NCBI RefSeq assembly: GCF_006345805.1
Contig: NC_042998.1
Location: 113,770,001-113,834,000, forward strand
DNA from: Octopus sinensis
Lineage: Eukaryota
Length of the DNA stretch: 64,000 nucleotides
Direction: 5' to 3'
Shown here: positions 1-11,749 of the stretch, one piece after another
Position numbering within the stretch: position 1 is the first letter of the stretch
Layout of the letters: the number at the start of each line of letters is the position of its first letter
Program-made: the position numbers and the translations under genes
The notes under the pieces: generated by a model
What the model was told of the DNA's origin: nothing
Seen by the model: the letters and a program-made list of their open reading frames with translations, nothing else
Database searches by the model: none

Positions 1-38
1 TTTTAATTAATTAATTTTACCCTTTCTTATTACTGATA

Positions 39-947
39 TCTATATATATAAAAGTGAAGTTGTGTGAGTGTCTGTCTCCTACGATTTAGATTCCTAACTA
101 CTCCCACATTTTGCGGTGCAGTTCAACCAAAAGCGGGTATCTTATAGTCGTGATTCATATCGAGCCCGTCTGGGTATTAGCGCGCGTCTACGATGAGTCT
201 ACGATTTTAAAAATAATTTACCATAATTTTTTCCATTTTAACGCATATTTTTTCGTGTGTCGATGGCGGCGGAGTTGGCGTCCATGCTCACACCTGCACC
301 TGTGTTGCTTCTCCCCCTTCTTCCCTCCCTCGTGAAGCTGTGGGGAAGGGAGTGTAAGGAAATCAACGTCGTAAAGCGTTGTCAAGGAGACCAGCGTTCT
401 TTTAGAACAACGACTTCATGGCTTGAAGATACCAAAACAGAAATGGCTAAGAAAGCCCGAAAGCAAATTCTACAAAATCGGGAAACACGCCACACAGGGA
501 AGGTTTCCCGTGCAAATAATTTGCACAACCGATTGTTATAGTTGTTGCACAAATCTTTATATATAAAAGTGAAGTTGTGTGTCTGTCTCCTACGATTTAG
601 ATTCCTAACTACTTCCACATTTTGCGGTGCAGTTTAACCAAAACCGGGTATCTTATAGTCGTGATTCATATCGAGCCCTTCTGGGTATTAGCGCGCGTCT
701 ACGATGAGTCTACGATTTTAAAAAAATTACCATCATTTTTTCCATTTTAATGCATTTTTTCGCTATTAAATAAGGGAAGTAACTCTCGAAAAATGTCTAC
801 GATGAGTCAACGATTTAAAAAAAAAATTACCATAATTTTTTATTCCATTTTTAATGCATTTTTTGCTAATTTTGGCTATAACTCTCTAAAAATGCTTATA
901 TAGTTATTTCCCTTACAAACCCGAGCAACGCCGGGCGATACTGCTAG
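39..947 (+). mobile_element. Composite non-autonomous Helitron (two 5' termini, one 3' terminus)
   Basis: Starts A|TC at 39. A second near-identical TC-start copy begins at 554. Ends in hairpin CCCG-A-GC-AAC-GC-CGGG (920-935) then CTAG|T (944-947). Inserted in an AT dinucleotide with no TSD. Confidence 0.85.
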
Positions 948-1209
948 TATATATATATAAAAGAAATCTCATTATAAACAACATGGACCCATTTTCTTCT
1001 TAAGAAAAAATATATTTTCATATAAATTAAACATTGTATCATGAATAGCGATTGCGAAACCGGTCGATACATTAAAAATTATACTATAACCATGTAAGTG
1101 GTGCGTATTTTCCGTTTTTATTTTTATTTTTCTTATATACATTACAATTCACAACGTGGGGACAACCGAAATTCCTCTTTTCTGTTACTACTACTACTAC
1201 TACTACTAC

Positions 1210-1212
<3 letters not shown>

Positions 1213-1280
<68 letters not shown>

Positions 1281-1288
1281 ATATATCT
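1213..1288. repeat. (TA)n microsatellite preceded by (CTA)n
   Basis: Direct reading. Confidence 0.95.
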
Positions 1289-1489
1289 TAAAGCAACAAA
1301 GTAAAGTCTGGTCATAGAGCTACGAGGAAAGCTCATCGAACTCTATACAAAGACAAATTTAACTCTTCACTTCTCGGAGGTGACAAGTTGTTACAGTCAG
1401 TTGTTCAAAAGATCATCAGAGAATAAAAGGTCCGGCGTTGGTGAGGACGGGTTATCTCCCTTAGACTAGCTATTTTGGGAATAGGGATC

Positions 1490-1542
<53 letters not shown>

Positions 1543-1571
1543 TGTGTGTGTGTATGTATATATATTATATT

Positions 1572-1963
1572 GCCGGCAGGGGCTAAACATGGAGGGAACA
1601 AACAAGGACAGACAAAGGGATTAAGTCGATTACATCGACTCCAGTGCATAACTAGTACTTATTTAACCGACCCCGAAAGGATGTAAAGGCAAAGTCGACC
1701 TCGGTGGAATTTGAACTCAGAATGTAACGGCAGACGAAATACCCGTTTCTTTATTACCCACAAGGGGTTAATCATAGAGGGGGCAAACAAGGACAGACAA
1801 ACGGATTAAGTCGATTACACCGAGCCCTGTGCGTAACTGGTACCTTATTTATAGACCCCTGAAAGGATGAAAGGCAAAGTCGACCTCGGCGGAATTTGAA
1901 CTCAGAACGTAACGGCAGACGAAATACCGCTAAGTATTTCGCCCGACGTGTTAACGAGTCTGC
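1572..1963 (-). mobile_element. Head-to-tail dimer of tRNA-derived SINE (type M)
   Basis: Two units, each with B box GAGTTCAAATTCC and body GCCTTTCATCCTTTCGGGGTCGAT..AAGTACCAG (resembles the Meta-SINE central domain as recalled). Junction at 1743/1744. Confidence 0.85.
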
Positions 1964-2002
1964 TTGTGTGTGTCTGTGTGTGTGTGTGCATATAACTATG
2001 AG

Positions 2003-2228
2003 TGTGTGTCTTTGTGTACATGTTTGTCCCCCGCCCACCGCATGACAGCCGGTATTGGTGTGTTTATGTTCCCAGGACTTAGTGGTTTGCCAAAAGCAAC
2101 CGATAGAATAACTACTAGCCTTTAAAAAAAAGAAATCCTGGGGTCGATTTGTTCGACTAAAACCCTTCAAAGGAGTGCGCCAGCATGGCCGCAGTCAAAT
2201 GACTGGAAGAAGGAAAACAAAGAAATAT
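2003..2228 (+). mobile_element. 3' half of CORE-like SINE (type C)
   Basis: Matches 3' halves at 30220-30380, 32100-32300 and 38825-39025 (..GGGGTCGATTTGTTCGACTAAA..CCAGCATGGCCGCAGTCAAATGACTG). Confidence 0.8.
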
Positions 2229-2574
2229 CGAACGTCCTTAATCAATTGGTTAATCGCTATAGTACATCAACACTTGCTAAATTTCTTCAAGATATATCTT
2301 GCTCAGAGATCAACAGTAATTCGGGTTTTTATCGGGTTTCTTCAGATGTTTCATTTTACTCCACTATTTCTTTCCTGGGACCCCATATATTTCATTACAC
2401 ATTTATAAATGTATTCTTTCTCTCGAAAATTGTGCACGTGTATGTACACACACACACACACGCGCGCCCGCGCACACTCACGCACACGCACATACACACA
2501 CATGCACGCACGCACGCACACACAAACATAAATGCATACATATATACATGTTTAAAGTGCATATGCTTACGTTT

Positions 2575-2602
2575 ATCTATCTGTCTATCTATGTATCTAT
2601 CC

Positions 2603-2670
<68 letters not shown>

Positions 2671-2832
2671 GTCTATCTAGCTATCTATCTATCTATTTTC
2701 TATCAACAGATAGTATATACATGTACGTACGTACGTATGTATGTATTTATGCATGCATGCATGTATGCATGTATGTATGTATGTATGTATGTATGTATGT
2801 ATGTATGTATGTATGTATGTATGTATGTATGA
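2575..2832. repeat. (TATC)n followed by (TATG)n
   Basis: Direct reading. Confidence 0.95.
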
Positions 2833-3739
2833 TGTATCTATCTATTTATCTACACATATACACACATATATGTATATAGAGATAGATAGATACATACATA
2901 CATACATGCATACATACAGATAAGTGGTCTCAGGAAAAAAATAGTGGATCAAAATAAAACATATATGTGTATATATATATATATATGTGTGTGTGTGTAT
3001 GTGTGTGTGTTTGCATATGTAAATGGGTGTGTATATGTGTATATATATATATACATATATACACATATGTATATATACATATGTGTGTGTATACGCACAC
3101 ACACATATATGTAGATATAGATATAAAACCCTCTGTTTACACGCTGTATGAGAGATATCCTCACCTTCTCAATTTCTCCCCCACACCTAATCAATATCTT
3201 CCTCCACTGCACAGCTCTCTCACCTCCTCATATCTCTCCCTCTCTCCCTTTTCTTCTCCTCCTTCCCCTTTCTCTCTCGCAGTTAATCAGCCTTTTATAA
3301 CACATTGATATAAAGCATGCGGCAGGTTCGTCATCGCCCTTGAGGGACCTCTATAATGGTTCTCATTGATTTCCCTTATGTAAATTGAACCCGCGAATAT
3401 TCGAGTCAGTTTGCTAAGTCTCTAGTGTGTGTTTATATGTCCAAGAGTATGTTTAAGAGTATTTGTGTGTATGTATTTGTATGTGTGTATCTTACCTGTA
3501 GGTATGTATTCGTATATGTGCTTTTGAGTGTAGTTGTGTGGTGTGTGTCTATGTTTAGAGTAATATGTTCGTGCGTATGTATGTATTCGAAGATGTGTTC
3601 GTCTCATTGCGCGCGAGTGCACCCTATTTATTTGTTTATAAATGTGTATTTATGTATGTGTGCCAGTATGTGTGTTTCTGAGCGTGTGTTAGTTTGTGTG
3701 TGTGTGTGAATGTGTGTGTGCGTGCGTGTGTGTATGAAA

Positions 3740-3995
3740 TGGCTGGAAACCACCAAGAAACTCAGAACAGTATATATGATTCAACTACACACAGTATTCT
3801 TCTTATAACTCTACTTTGGTGGCTAAAAACCAGGAACTGTCACCTCCGTTCCTATTACAGCATATATAAAAATATTCGCGATAACGCGCAGAAAACCGAG
3901 ACCATTGTCAATGATTGCTTTCCCCACTCTTTTCTCAGTACAACTTCCATGATTCACTTCCTTCCTATTCAGATGCGTAGGATGCATCATTTGTA
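3740..3995 (+). mobile_element. Possible highly degraded 3' fragment of a non-LTR retrotransposon (Rex/L2-like)
   Basis: AQKTETIVNDCFPHSFLS loosely resembles the C-terminal KA..I..D.SHP.H.LF motif. Weak. Confidence 0.25.
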
Positions 3996-4399
3996 AATAT
4001 TGTACAGTGGATGTTTAGATTTTTAACTCCAATTAGACAGGCCCCTGTATCCTTTGGACGAATCAGTAACAGAGTCGTTCTAAATAACTATCTCATCCTC
4101 CATATCAATTTCCGGTCTACGAGACTGTCTCTGTTTTCACTATCATATGAAAGTTCCAGAGAGGACCACATACAGTCAACACCTTTATACCCGTGAAACT
4201 CTTAACATCTATTGTCTCTTGGTGATTACTCGCAAGTCTCATGGAAATGCTCCAATATTTTATAGATGTAGACATAAACGTGTGTACAATAAATTCATTT
4301 TATAGTCACAAGACTGATTCTGACTGTACGGCACCTTAACAAGCTCTCTCTACTGACCAACACTATGAGAAGTTGGTTTATGGAGACGCCACAGAAGCT

Positions 4400-4500
4400 A
4401 TAACGTGATACACAAATACTCAGATCTGAGTGCACCGGATCTAATTGCAGAAACAGCTGTATGCTAATGAAGTTAATTATTTAATTTTCTGTTCCCTTGT
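4400..4500 (+). repeat. Dispersed repeat, homologous to 57085-57165
   Basis: gtgatacacaaatactcagatctgagtgcacc..gcagaaacagctgtatgctaatgaagttaattat versus gtgatgcacaagcactcaactctgagtgcact..gcagaaacagccgtaagctaatgaagttgattat. Confidence 0.75.
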
Positions 4501-5019
4501 CATCTTTTTGGAGTCGATAAAATAAAACATCAGTCAGATACTAGGGTTGGTTCAATCGAGTAAGCCCCCCCAAAAAAACTGCTGGTTTTGTGCTTAAAAA
4601 CGTTATGACAGATTTTGTAAATGTTATTTTCGATATTGTCCGGTTTTCTTATTCTTGTTGTTATTACTTCTAGTATTTGTGTTATTATTGTTATTGCTGT
4701 TTTTCATGTTCAGTGTTCTGTATATGTGTTTTCCTTTTAGAAGATAATGTATTTGCATATGAGGCTCTCCCTCTCTCTCTATCTGTGTGTGTGTGTGTAT
4801 GCGTATGTGTGTGTATTTCTCTATGTGTGCATGTGCTGTGGTGGTTTATGATTTTGTATTTCCGCGTGTTTTTTTTTTTATGTATATGAATGTATTTGTG
4901 TGGTTACGTCTACATTTCATACGGATATATGTATGTAGGGATTGTATTTGTATTTGTTTATGTTTATGGCATGTTATAACGAAAAATTTGATCAGATGAA
5001 CAAAAGCTATCTAGAATAG

Positions 5020-5160
5020 GTATAATAATGGTTTAAAAATTTGGCACAAGGTCAGGAACTTTATGAGGAGTGAGTAAGTCGATTACATCAATTCCAGTGC
5101 TCAGCTGGTACTTAATTTATCGGCCCCGAAATGATGAAGGGTAAATATGACCTCGGCGAA
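5020..5160 (-). mobile_element. 5'-truncated type-M SINE
   Basis: aagtcgattacatc..ctggtacttaatttatcggccccgaaatgatgaaggg matches the other copies. Confidence 0.75.
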
Positions 5161-5196
5161 CTTAGAATAATTATAATAGTTAGTGTTTCTAACGTA

Positions 5197-5515
5197 TGGA
5201 GGCGCAATTGCCCAGTGGTTAGGGTAGCAGACTCGCGGTCGGAGGATCGCGGTCTCGATTCCCAGGCCGCGCGTTGTGTGTGTTTATTGAGCGAAAACAC
5301 CTAACGTTCCACGAGGCTCCGGTACGGGTGGTGGTGGCGACTCCTGTTGTTCTCTTTCGCCCTAACTTTCTCTCACTCTTTCTTCTTGTTTCTTGAATAA
5401 CGCTGCGATAAAATGGCGTCCCGTCCAGCAGGGGGAAACACCATAGAAACCGGGAAACCGGGCCCATGAGCCTACCTAGGCTCCAAAAGGGAGCATAAAT
5501 TATAAAATAAATAAT
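5197..5515 (+). mobile_element. Full-length tRNA-derived SINE with V-domain-like 3' part and 13-bp TSD
   Basis: tRNA head (TGCCCAGTGG A box, GGTCTCGATTCC B box). GGCGTCCCGTCCAG..AGAAACCGGGAAACCGGGCC resembles the V-SINE domain. TGTTTCTAACGTA occurs at 5184-5196 and 5516-5528. Confidence 0.85.
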
Positions 5516-5685
5516 TGTTTCTAACGTAGGTACAAAGCCAAAAATTTGTGGGGAGGTATATAGGCGATTAAATCGACCCCAATATTAGATACTTTCATTT
5601 TATCGTTCCGGGACAAGATGAAGAGCAAAGTCGACGTCGGTGGTATTTGAACTCAGAACGAAAAAGGCAGAATTATACTACCGTT
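5516..5685 (-). mobile_element. Degraded type-M SINE (host of the 5197 insertion)
   Basis: aaagtcgacgtcggtggtatttgaactcagaacg plus tail remnant. Confidence 0.7.
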
Positions 5686-7479
5686 CGGTGTTTATTTCAT
5701 CTCAAAAAGGATTGTGCCAATCCTCCTCCAGAAGAAGGAAGGAGAAAAAGCAAAGGTAGAAGAGGAGGCTTATAAAGAAAATACAGATAATGTTGATAAT
5801 TCTAATAATAATGCTAATAAGGAAAAGAGCAGAAAGAGGAATATAAAAGACGAGACGAAAGACAGGAAAAAGCAGAAGAGAACGACAAAAGGCTAAGAAG
5901 CAAACAAGCCAAAAACAAAAGTACACCAAATATACACACACGCATATGCATGTATGTAAGTACGTATATATGTATATATGTACACATGTATGTACGCATG
6001 TTATATGTATATATGTATATTTGTATATATGTGTGTGTATATGTATGAATGTATGTATGTGTATAGACATAACACTCTCATAAACACACAGACACATACA
6101 CATACACATACACACAGACTTAGAGACTAAATTGAATGATTGGATAGAAGGAGTAGTGTGTGTCTTAACTGTAGCAGAATCATCTGATCTGAGATCTGAT
6201 TGCGTGTGGACAGCTAAGTGAGCAGATCTTTGTAAAATGGCAAATTTAAAAGTGATTTCCTTATGGCCTGCCGTTTGTTATCGTGACTTTGTTGCCTTCG
6301 TAATTGCTGGCTTGTTTGGCAAGTCGACCAAATATGTTCATTTTTCACCGCCATGATTTCACACGAAAAGCGGAACTGGAAATACTGGCTAAAGACCTGC
6401 CTGCCCCCTTTCGGACGACTCGTAATAACTGGTTTAAAGCATGTAATGTCTTTCACAGTCTAACATGTTATCTGAGCATTTGATTAGTATAAAGCTATTT
6501 AAGTATTTTATATGTCATGAAAGTGCAATTTACAGTAATCGTCGGTGCTTACATTTACAACATCTGCCACACCGACGTTTACTGCATTTGTACATCTCTT
6601 TCTCGATACGGAGGGGTGGATAGACGAGTGATGTAGGGAGTGAGATAGAAAAAAAGAAAGACAGAGAGTGAGAGAGAGAGGGACAGAGAGAGACAGAGGG
6701 ACGGTAAAGAGGAGGAAGAGAGAGACATACAAAAAGTGTATGTCTATGTATGTGTGTGCATGTGCATACATACATATGTATATATATATTTATATACACA
6801 TAGATAGATATACATATGTCAGTATGTACGTGTACATATTATACATATATATGTTTGTATGTACATATTTAGGGAGAGAGAGAGAGAGAAAGAGAGAGAG
6901 AGTAAGAGAGAGTATAGAATGTATTTGGGCAAGAGAGGGTACAAAATAGTAGGGAGAAATACATATGTACACATGTATGAGTGCATATATATATATACAT
7001 ATACACACACTATTATAAATATGCGTTTCATATATATGACTTATATATGCATATATAACTATGAATATGCTTGCATGTACGTATATACTTAATTTCATAC
7101 CTACATACGTACATACATACATACATACATACATATATACATACATACATATATATATATGTGTGTGTGTGTGTATCTATGTATGTATATATACATATTT
7201 ACGTATATAAATATCACTATATATATGCGCATACGCATACTTTAATATACATACGTATGAATGTGTGTGTGTATATATATATATAAAGTTTTACAAGGAA
7301 GAGTGTTAGTAACTTCGAAGTTTCGGTTTGTTCGCCTTCAATAGACTAAACTGGAAAGTCACTGTTAACCTTTTCGCTATAAAACCTAATAGATATGTAC
7401 TCTGATAAAATTATTATTTAATGTTTCTGTTTAAATTAAAAGTAACATGACTAAAAAACACGAACATTACTATAGATAC

Positions 7480-7507
7480 ATAATATCTATCTATCTATCT
7501 ATCTATA

Positions 7508-7572
<65 letters not shown>

Positions 7573-7589
7573 CTATCTATCTATCTATC

Positions 7590-7625
<36 letters not shown>

Positions 7626-7644
7626 GTCTGTCTGTCTGTCTGTC

Positions 7645-7714
<70 letters not shown>

Positions 7715-7812
7715 GTCTATCTGTCTATCTATCTATCTGTCTGTCTGTCTGTCTATCTGTCTGTCTGTCTGTCTGTCTGCCCATCTGCTTGCCTGTCTGT
7801 CTGTCTGTCTGT
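7480..7812. repeat. (TATC)n/(TGTC)n compound tetranucleotide repeat
   Basis: Direct reading. Confidence 0.95.
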
Positions 7813-7849
7813 ATGTTATATGGGCTCCTGATCATGTATTCGCATTTTT

Positions 7850-7914
<65 letters not shown>

Positions 7915-7921
<7 letters not shown>

Positions 7922-8299
7922 TCTTTTATTTGTTTCAGTCATTTGACAGTAGCCATGTCTGAGCACCTTCTTTTAGTCGAATAAATCGACCCCAGGACTT
8001 ATTCTTTGTAAGCCTAGTACTTATTCTATCGACTCATTTGCCGAACAGCTAGGTTACGGGAACGTAAACTCACCAACATTGGTTGTCAAGCGATGGTGGA
8101 AAATGGTGGTATAATCACAGACGCAAAAACACACACACACTCACATACACGCACACACACATATCTATATATATGAAGGGCTTCTTTCAATTTCCGTCAG
8201 CCAAATTCACTCACAAGGCTTTGGTTGGTTATAGTAGAAGAGACTTGCTCAAGGTGACACGCAGTGGGACTGAACCCGAAACAATTTGGTTGGGAAGCC

Positions 8300-8300
<1 letters not shown>
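7915..8300 (-). mobile_element. CORE-like SINE (type C), near full length
   Basis: Reverse of GGGTTCAGTCCCACTGCGTGTCACCTTGAGCAAGT (tRNA B box plus CORE-like motif), internal (TA)/(CA), and the family 3' half. Confidence 0.85.
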
Positions 8301-8332
<32 letters not shown>

Positions 8333-8411
8333 TATATATGTATGTATGTATGCATATATATACACATATATGTACGTTTATATATGTATATATATATATA
8401 TAAATAAATAA

Positions 8412-8472
<61 letters not shown>

Positions 8473-9060
8473 CACATTTATGTATATGTCAGTATATATG
8501 TATACATATTATACATATATGTGTGTGTATGTATGTATTTATAGAAAAACAGTGTGTGTGAGATAGATATATATAGAGAGAGAGGTGGGGAGAGGGAATG
8601 AGTGAATTCGTTAGAAGTAATTTAGTAAGGGGTATAATGAAACCAGAAAGAGATAGAATAGGAAAGAAGTATTCAATAAACAAGGCAAGACGCACTGTTG
8701 TCCATTTAGTTGAACCTCTTCCACTCATACATATGCAAACACATATGCGCACACATATGCACACTCACACACAGACACTCTCTCGCACACATAATATTGC
8801 ATTATATATATGAGCAAACGGGGAAGGGCGGTAAGCATGGAGCTAAATTGTTAGTGAAGAGTACTGGACGCTGATTTGGAGTGGAAAGGAGTGTAAACGA
8901 AGAACGAAAGAAAAAGAAACAGAAAAGGCAATGGTAGAAGAAGGTACAAGAAGAAAATAAAGATATTTTAGGAGTATAAAATGTAAGAAGATAGAGACAA
9001 AGAGAGGGAAAGAGAAAGAGAGAGAGAGGGGGAGAGAGGGAGAGGGGGGACAGAAAGAAA

Positions 9061-9551
9061 GAGAGCGGGAAAGAGGTGGTATTTCACATGTACAGTGACT
9101 ATGTGATTATGTAGCTAGGCCTCGTGGAAAATGCGTCAAGCTGGTTGTTAACGCATTTGCCGGCCATTATGGAAGCTTTTCACCATCTTTGTTTCTCTTT
9201 TAGACACAAGTAATTTACAGAGAGATCAGTAGCAAATTTAGGAAGTGAATGTTTGAGCGAAGGTTAAGCCAGGTTGATACTAATACTAAATATACCATCA
9301 TTAAATTCTGGCATTATTTTCCGTAACTCGGCGTGTTCTTTTGTAATCTTCACATTTCCTTTTTCTTTCTTTTTAATTTTCGTCGCCATTGCATGAAATA
9401 AGCGTTTGATATTTAAATAAATGCTGCTTCTACAAACTAAAACAAAACAAAAACGAAAAAATATAAATAACATCAAGAACTTTATCAGGCGGTAAATTAA
9501 ATAAAAGAAATATATATTTTAAAAAAAACACGAATTTTGTGTTAATTAGTC
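9061..9551. repeat. Local duplication, copy 1 (copy 2 at 12029-12499)
   Basis: Colinear match. I count 6 differences in the 180-bp core 9181-9360; the flanks are more diverged. Confidence 0.95.
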
Positions 9552-10170
9552 TGAAAGTCATCAAAACACTTCACAGTTAAATAATTGATTAGATATAATT
9601 AATTGAAACAAAGCATCAACAGCAAGAAAGATAAAAAGGAACGACAACATATAAGGGCGAGGAGAGCGGAATGTTTATATCATAATATGTTAGAGCAGAG
9701 TGCAGTACTGCAAAGTAGAATATACTAGGGGATAGTGCAATACGATATAGTATTATAGAATGGAGTAGAGCACTGTCGAAACAATAGGGTGTTGTCAAGG
9801 CAATACAATACAATACAGCAGAGAATAATATTGTACATAAAAAAATATATTACAGTACATTACCATGCATTACAGGAAGATAATAGAGCACAAAATAATA
9901 AAATACAGTACAGGTTAAGTAGAGTACAATGCAATAGAGTGCAATGGAGTATGGCACAATAAACAATGCTTCAACAGAGCGAAGTACACTGAAATGCCAT
10001 ACAATAGAGTATAGTATAGTACAGTGCAATGCTGCATGGCTGTGAAGACTACAGAGACTATAATACAAATGCAAACAACCAACAAAATGCTTCAGAAAAA
10101 CAAACAAATAAACAAAACAAAACAGTTTATAGTGTAGTGTAGGTAATTTAGGTCTTTTTGTACATCATTT

Positions 10171-10270
10171 TCATTCCTCTTTTCTCGAAAGGGGCTTAAA
10201 TACGAGTGTGTTCGAGGAGTTACTGTCCTTAATGCAGACGTTTCCCCAGCCACACGATCTGTCACTGCAT
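10171..10270 (-). CDS. Candidate terminal exon with follistatin-N-like Cys motif (CSDRSCGWGNVCIKD..LVFKP)
   Basis: Strong acceptor tctgtgtctcctttcacag. The phase-2 start matches the phase-2 donor at 10938. C-x4-C-G-x-G-x-V-C pattern; TGA at 10171-10173. An alternative open frame also exists. Confidence 0.3.
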
Positions 10271-10354
10271 CTGTGAAAGGAGACACAGATTTGCTGTTTC
10301 TGTAGGTTAATGTTTTATACTGTAACTCACGGTAACTGTTCCACAACCACACAA

Positions 10355-10562
10355 TACGATATGCCGGGCAAAATGTTTAGCGGCATGTCGTCTGTTTTCA
10401 CGTTTTGAGTTAAAATCCTGCCGATGATGACTTTATCTTTCATCCTTTCAGAGTCGATGAAATAAGTACCAGTTGAACATTGGGGTCGATATAATCGACT
10501 ACACCCTTCCTCTAAATTAGTGGCCTTGTGTCAAAATTTGAAATCAATATTACATAATAATA
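10355..10562 (+). mobile_element. Type-M SINE
   Basis: ccgggcaaaatgtttagcggc..ctttcatcctttcagagtcgatgaaataagtaccag..ggccttgtgtcaaaatttgaaatc with AAT tail. Confidence 0.85.
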
Positions 10563-10937
10563 AGTGAGTTACAGTACAGTGAAACTACACAAACAATACA
10601 ATATATTACTGTTCTGTACAGCACAATGCAATACCGTACTGTAGGGTACAATATATATGAAAATACAGAACGATGTTGTAGATAACGAATGTAATTCAGT
10701 GTCATAGAATACAATAATACAATACATCCAAACGGTACAGCACTTTATAGCACAATACAGTACCGTAGAGCATAATGCGGTATAGTATTTGAGCAAAGTC
10801 CAGTACAGTACAACCAGTAACATAGAACAGAATAGAATACTCTTCAGCACGATGCAATAGAGAAGAAATTCGGTGAACACTATTGAAACGGTATTAGAAT
10901 AAAATGGTCGTCTGTGTGTCATACTAAACATATATAC

Positions 10938-11199
10938 CCTGTAGTATGGAAGACTGGAGTGATTTTTTTGTCTGAAAGAAAATCTCTTCTTTGACTTGTG
11001 TTAGGCACACAATGTCGAAGGGACACGAATATCGTCGCATCAGTGACTCCTGGAAACGTTAGACGCATTTTATCCTTCTTATGGTTTGTCAATAACGTGT
11101 ACCCATTTATCACATGATTGAATGAGATTCGTGCCTCGAATATTACATTCACCGATATTGTGAGATGCTTGCCGAACAAATAGCGATCACCGTATATTT
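10938..11199 (-). CDS. Candidate internal exon, product unknown
   Basis: 262 nt open frame (2 + 86 codons + 2) between ctgtag and GG|gtatat. The acceptor lacks a good pyrimidine tract. Confidence 0.28.
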
Positions 11200-11642
11200 C
11201 TACAGTCCCGCAACCACAATATATTCATTGTTTCTTATATATCGAGACAAGAGTTTATTTCAAGCACAATACAAAACGCACAATACAGTATAGTTCAGTA
11301 TAACATAGAGCCATACGTTAGAATGCACAAGAGGGATATACTGCACACAGTATTTATATTACAATCGTGAGACATTACAGTCAGCCATATTATAGAGTAG
11401 AGTGCGATACAGGACAATACATTACAGTTGAATGCAATAGATTACAAGCCAGTGCAATAAAACACAGTATAGTATTATGCTGTACAAAGTATCATGAAGT
11501 TCAAAAGAATGGTGGTTGTTGACTTTAGTCGATTTTGATCAACAGAATTATCTGCTCCTGAATTAACGTGTAAGTAACCGACCATTTCACAGACGTATTT
11601 CTCGGCAGAATCAGCGTAAGAAAGTGTGCAACAAAGCTGTAC

Positions 11643-11749
11643 CTTTTGAATACTTTCCAGCGAACATCTATACAGTTTCTGTCTACAGAATTTCACTCGA
11701 AAGATATGGGTCAAACTGAGGCTATGGGAAATGATATTTTCCCAAGATG
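11643..11749 (-). CDS. Candidate exon, product unknown
   Basis: Acceptor tatttctattccactgtatag, donor AAG|gtacag, open frame. Its phase-0 end does not match the phase-1 start at 11199. Confidence 0.18.

Larger units (their letters stand above)
9690..11470. repeat. Degenerate pentanucleotide (TACAG/TACAA/TAGAG) repeat blocks around unique islands
   Basis: Recurrent agtacagtacaatac-type periodicity, also at 12640-12790 and 13640-13710. Confidence 0.75.

Noticed and set aside
9150-9260. In-frame TGA conserved in both duplicate copies (selenocysteine idea)
   Set aside because: The frame has other stops and no SECIS is evident; conservation is explained by overall identity
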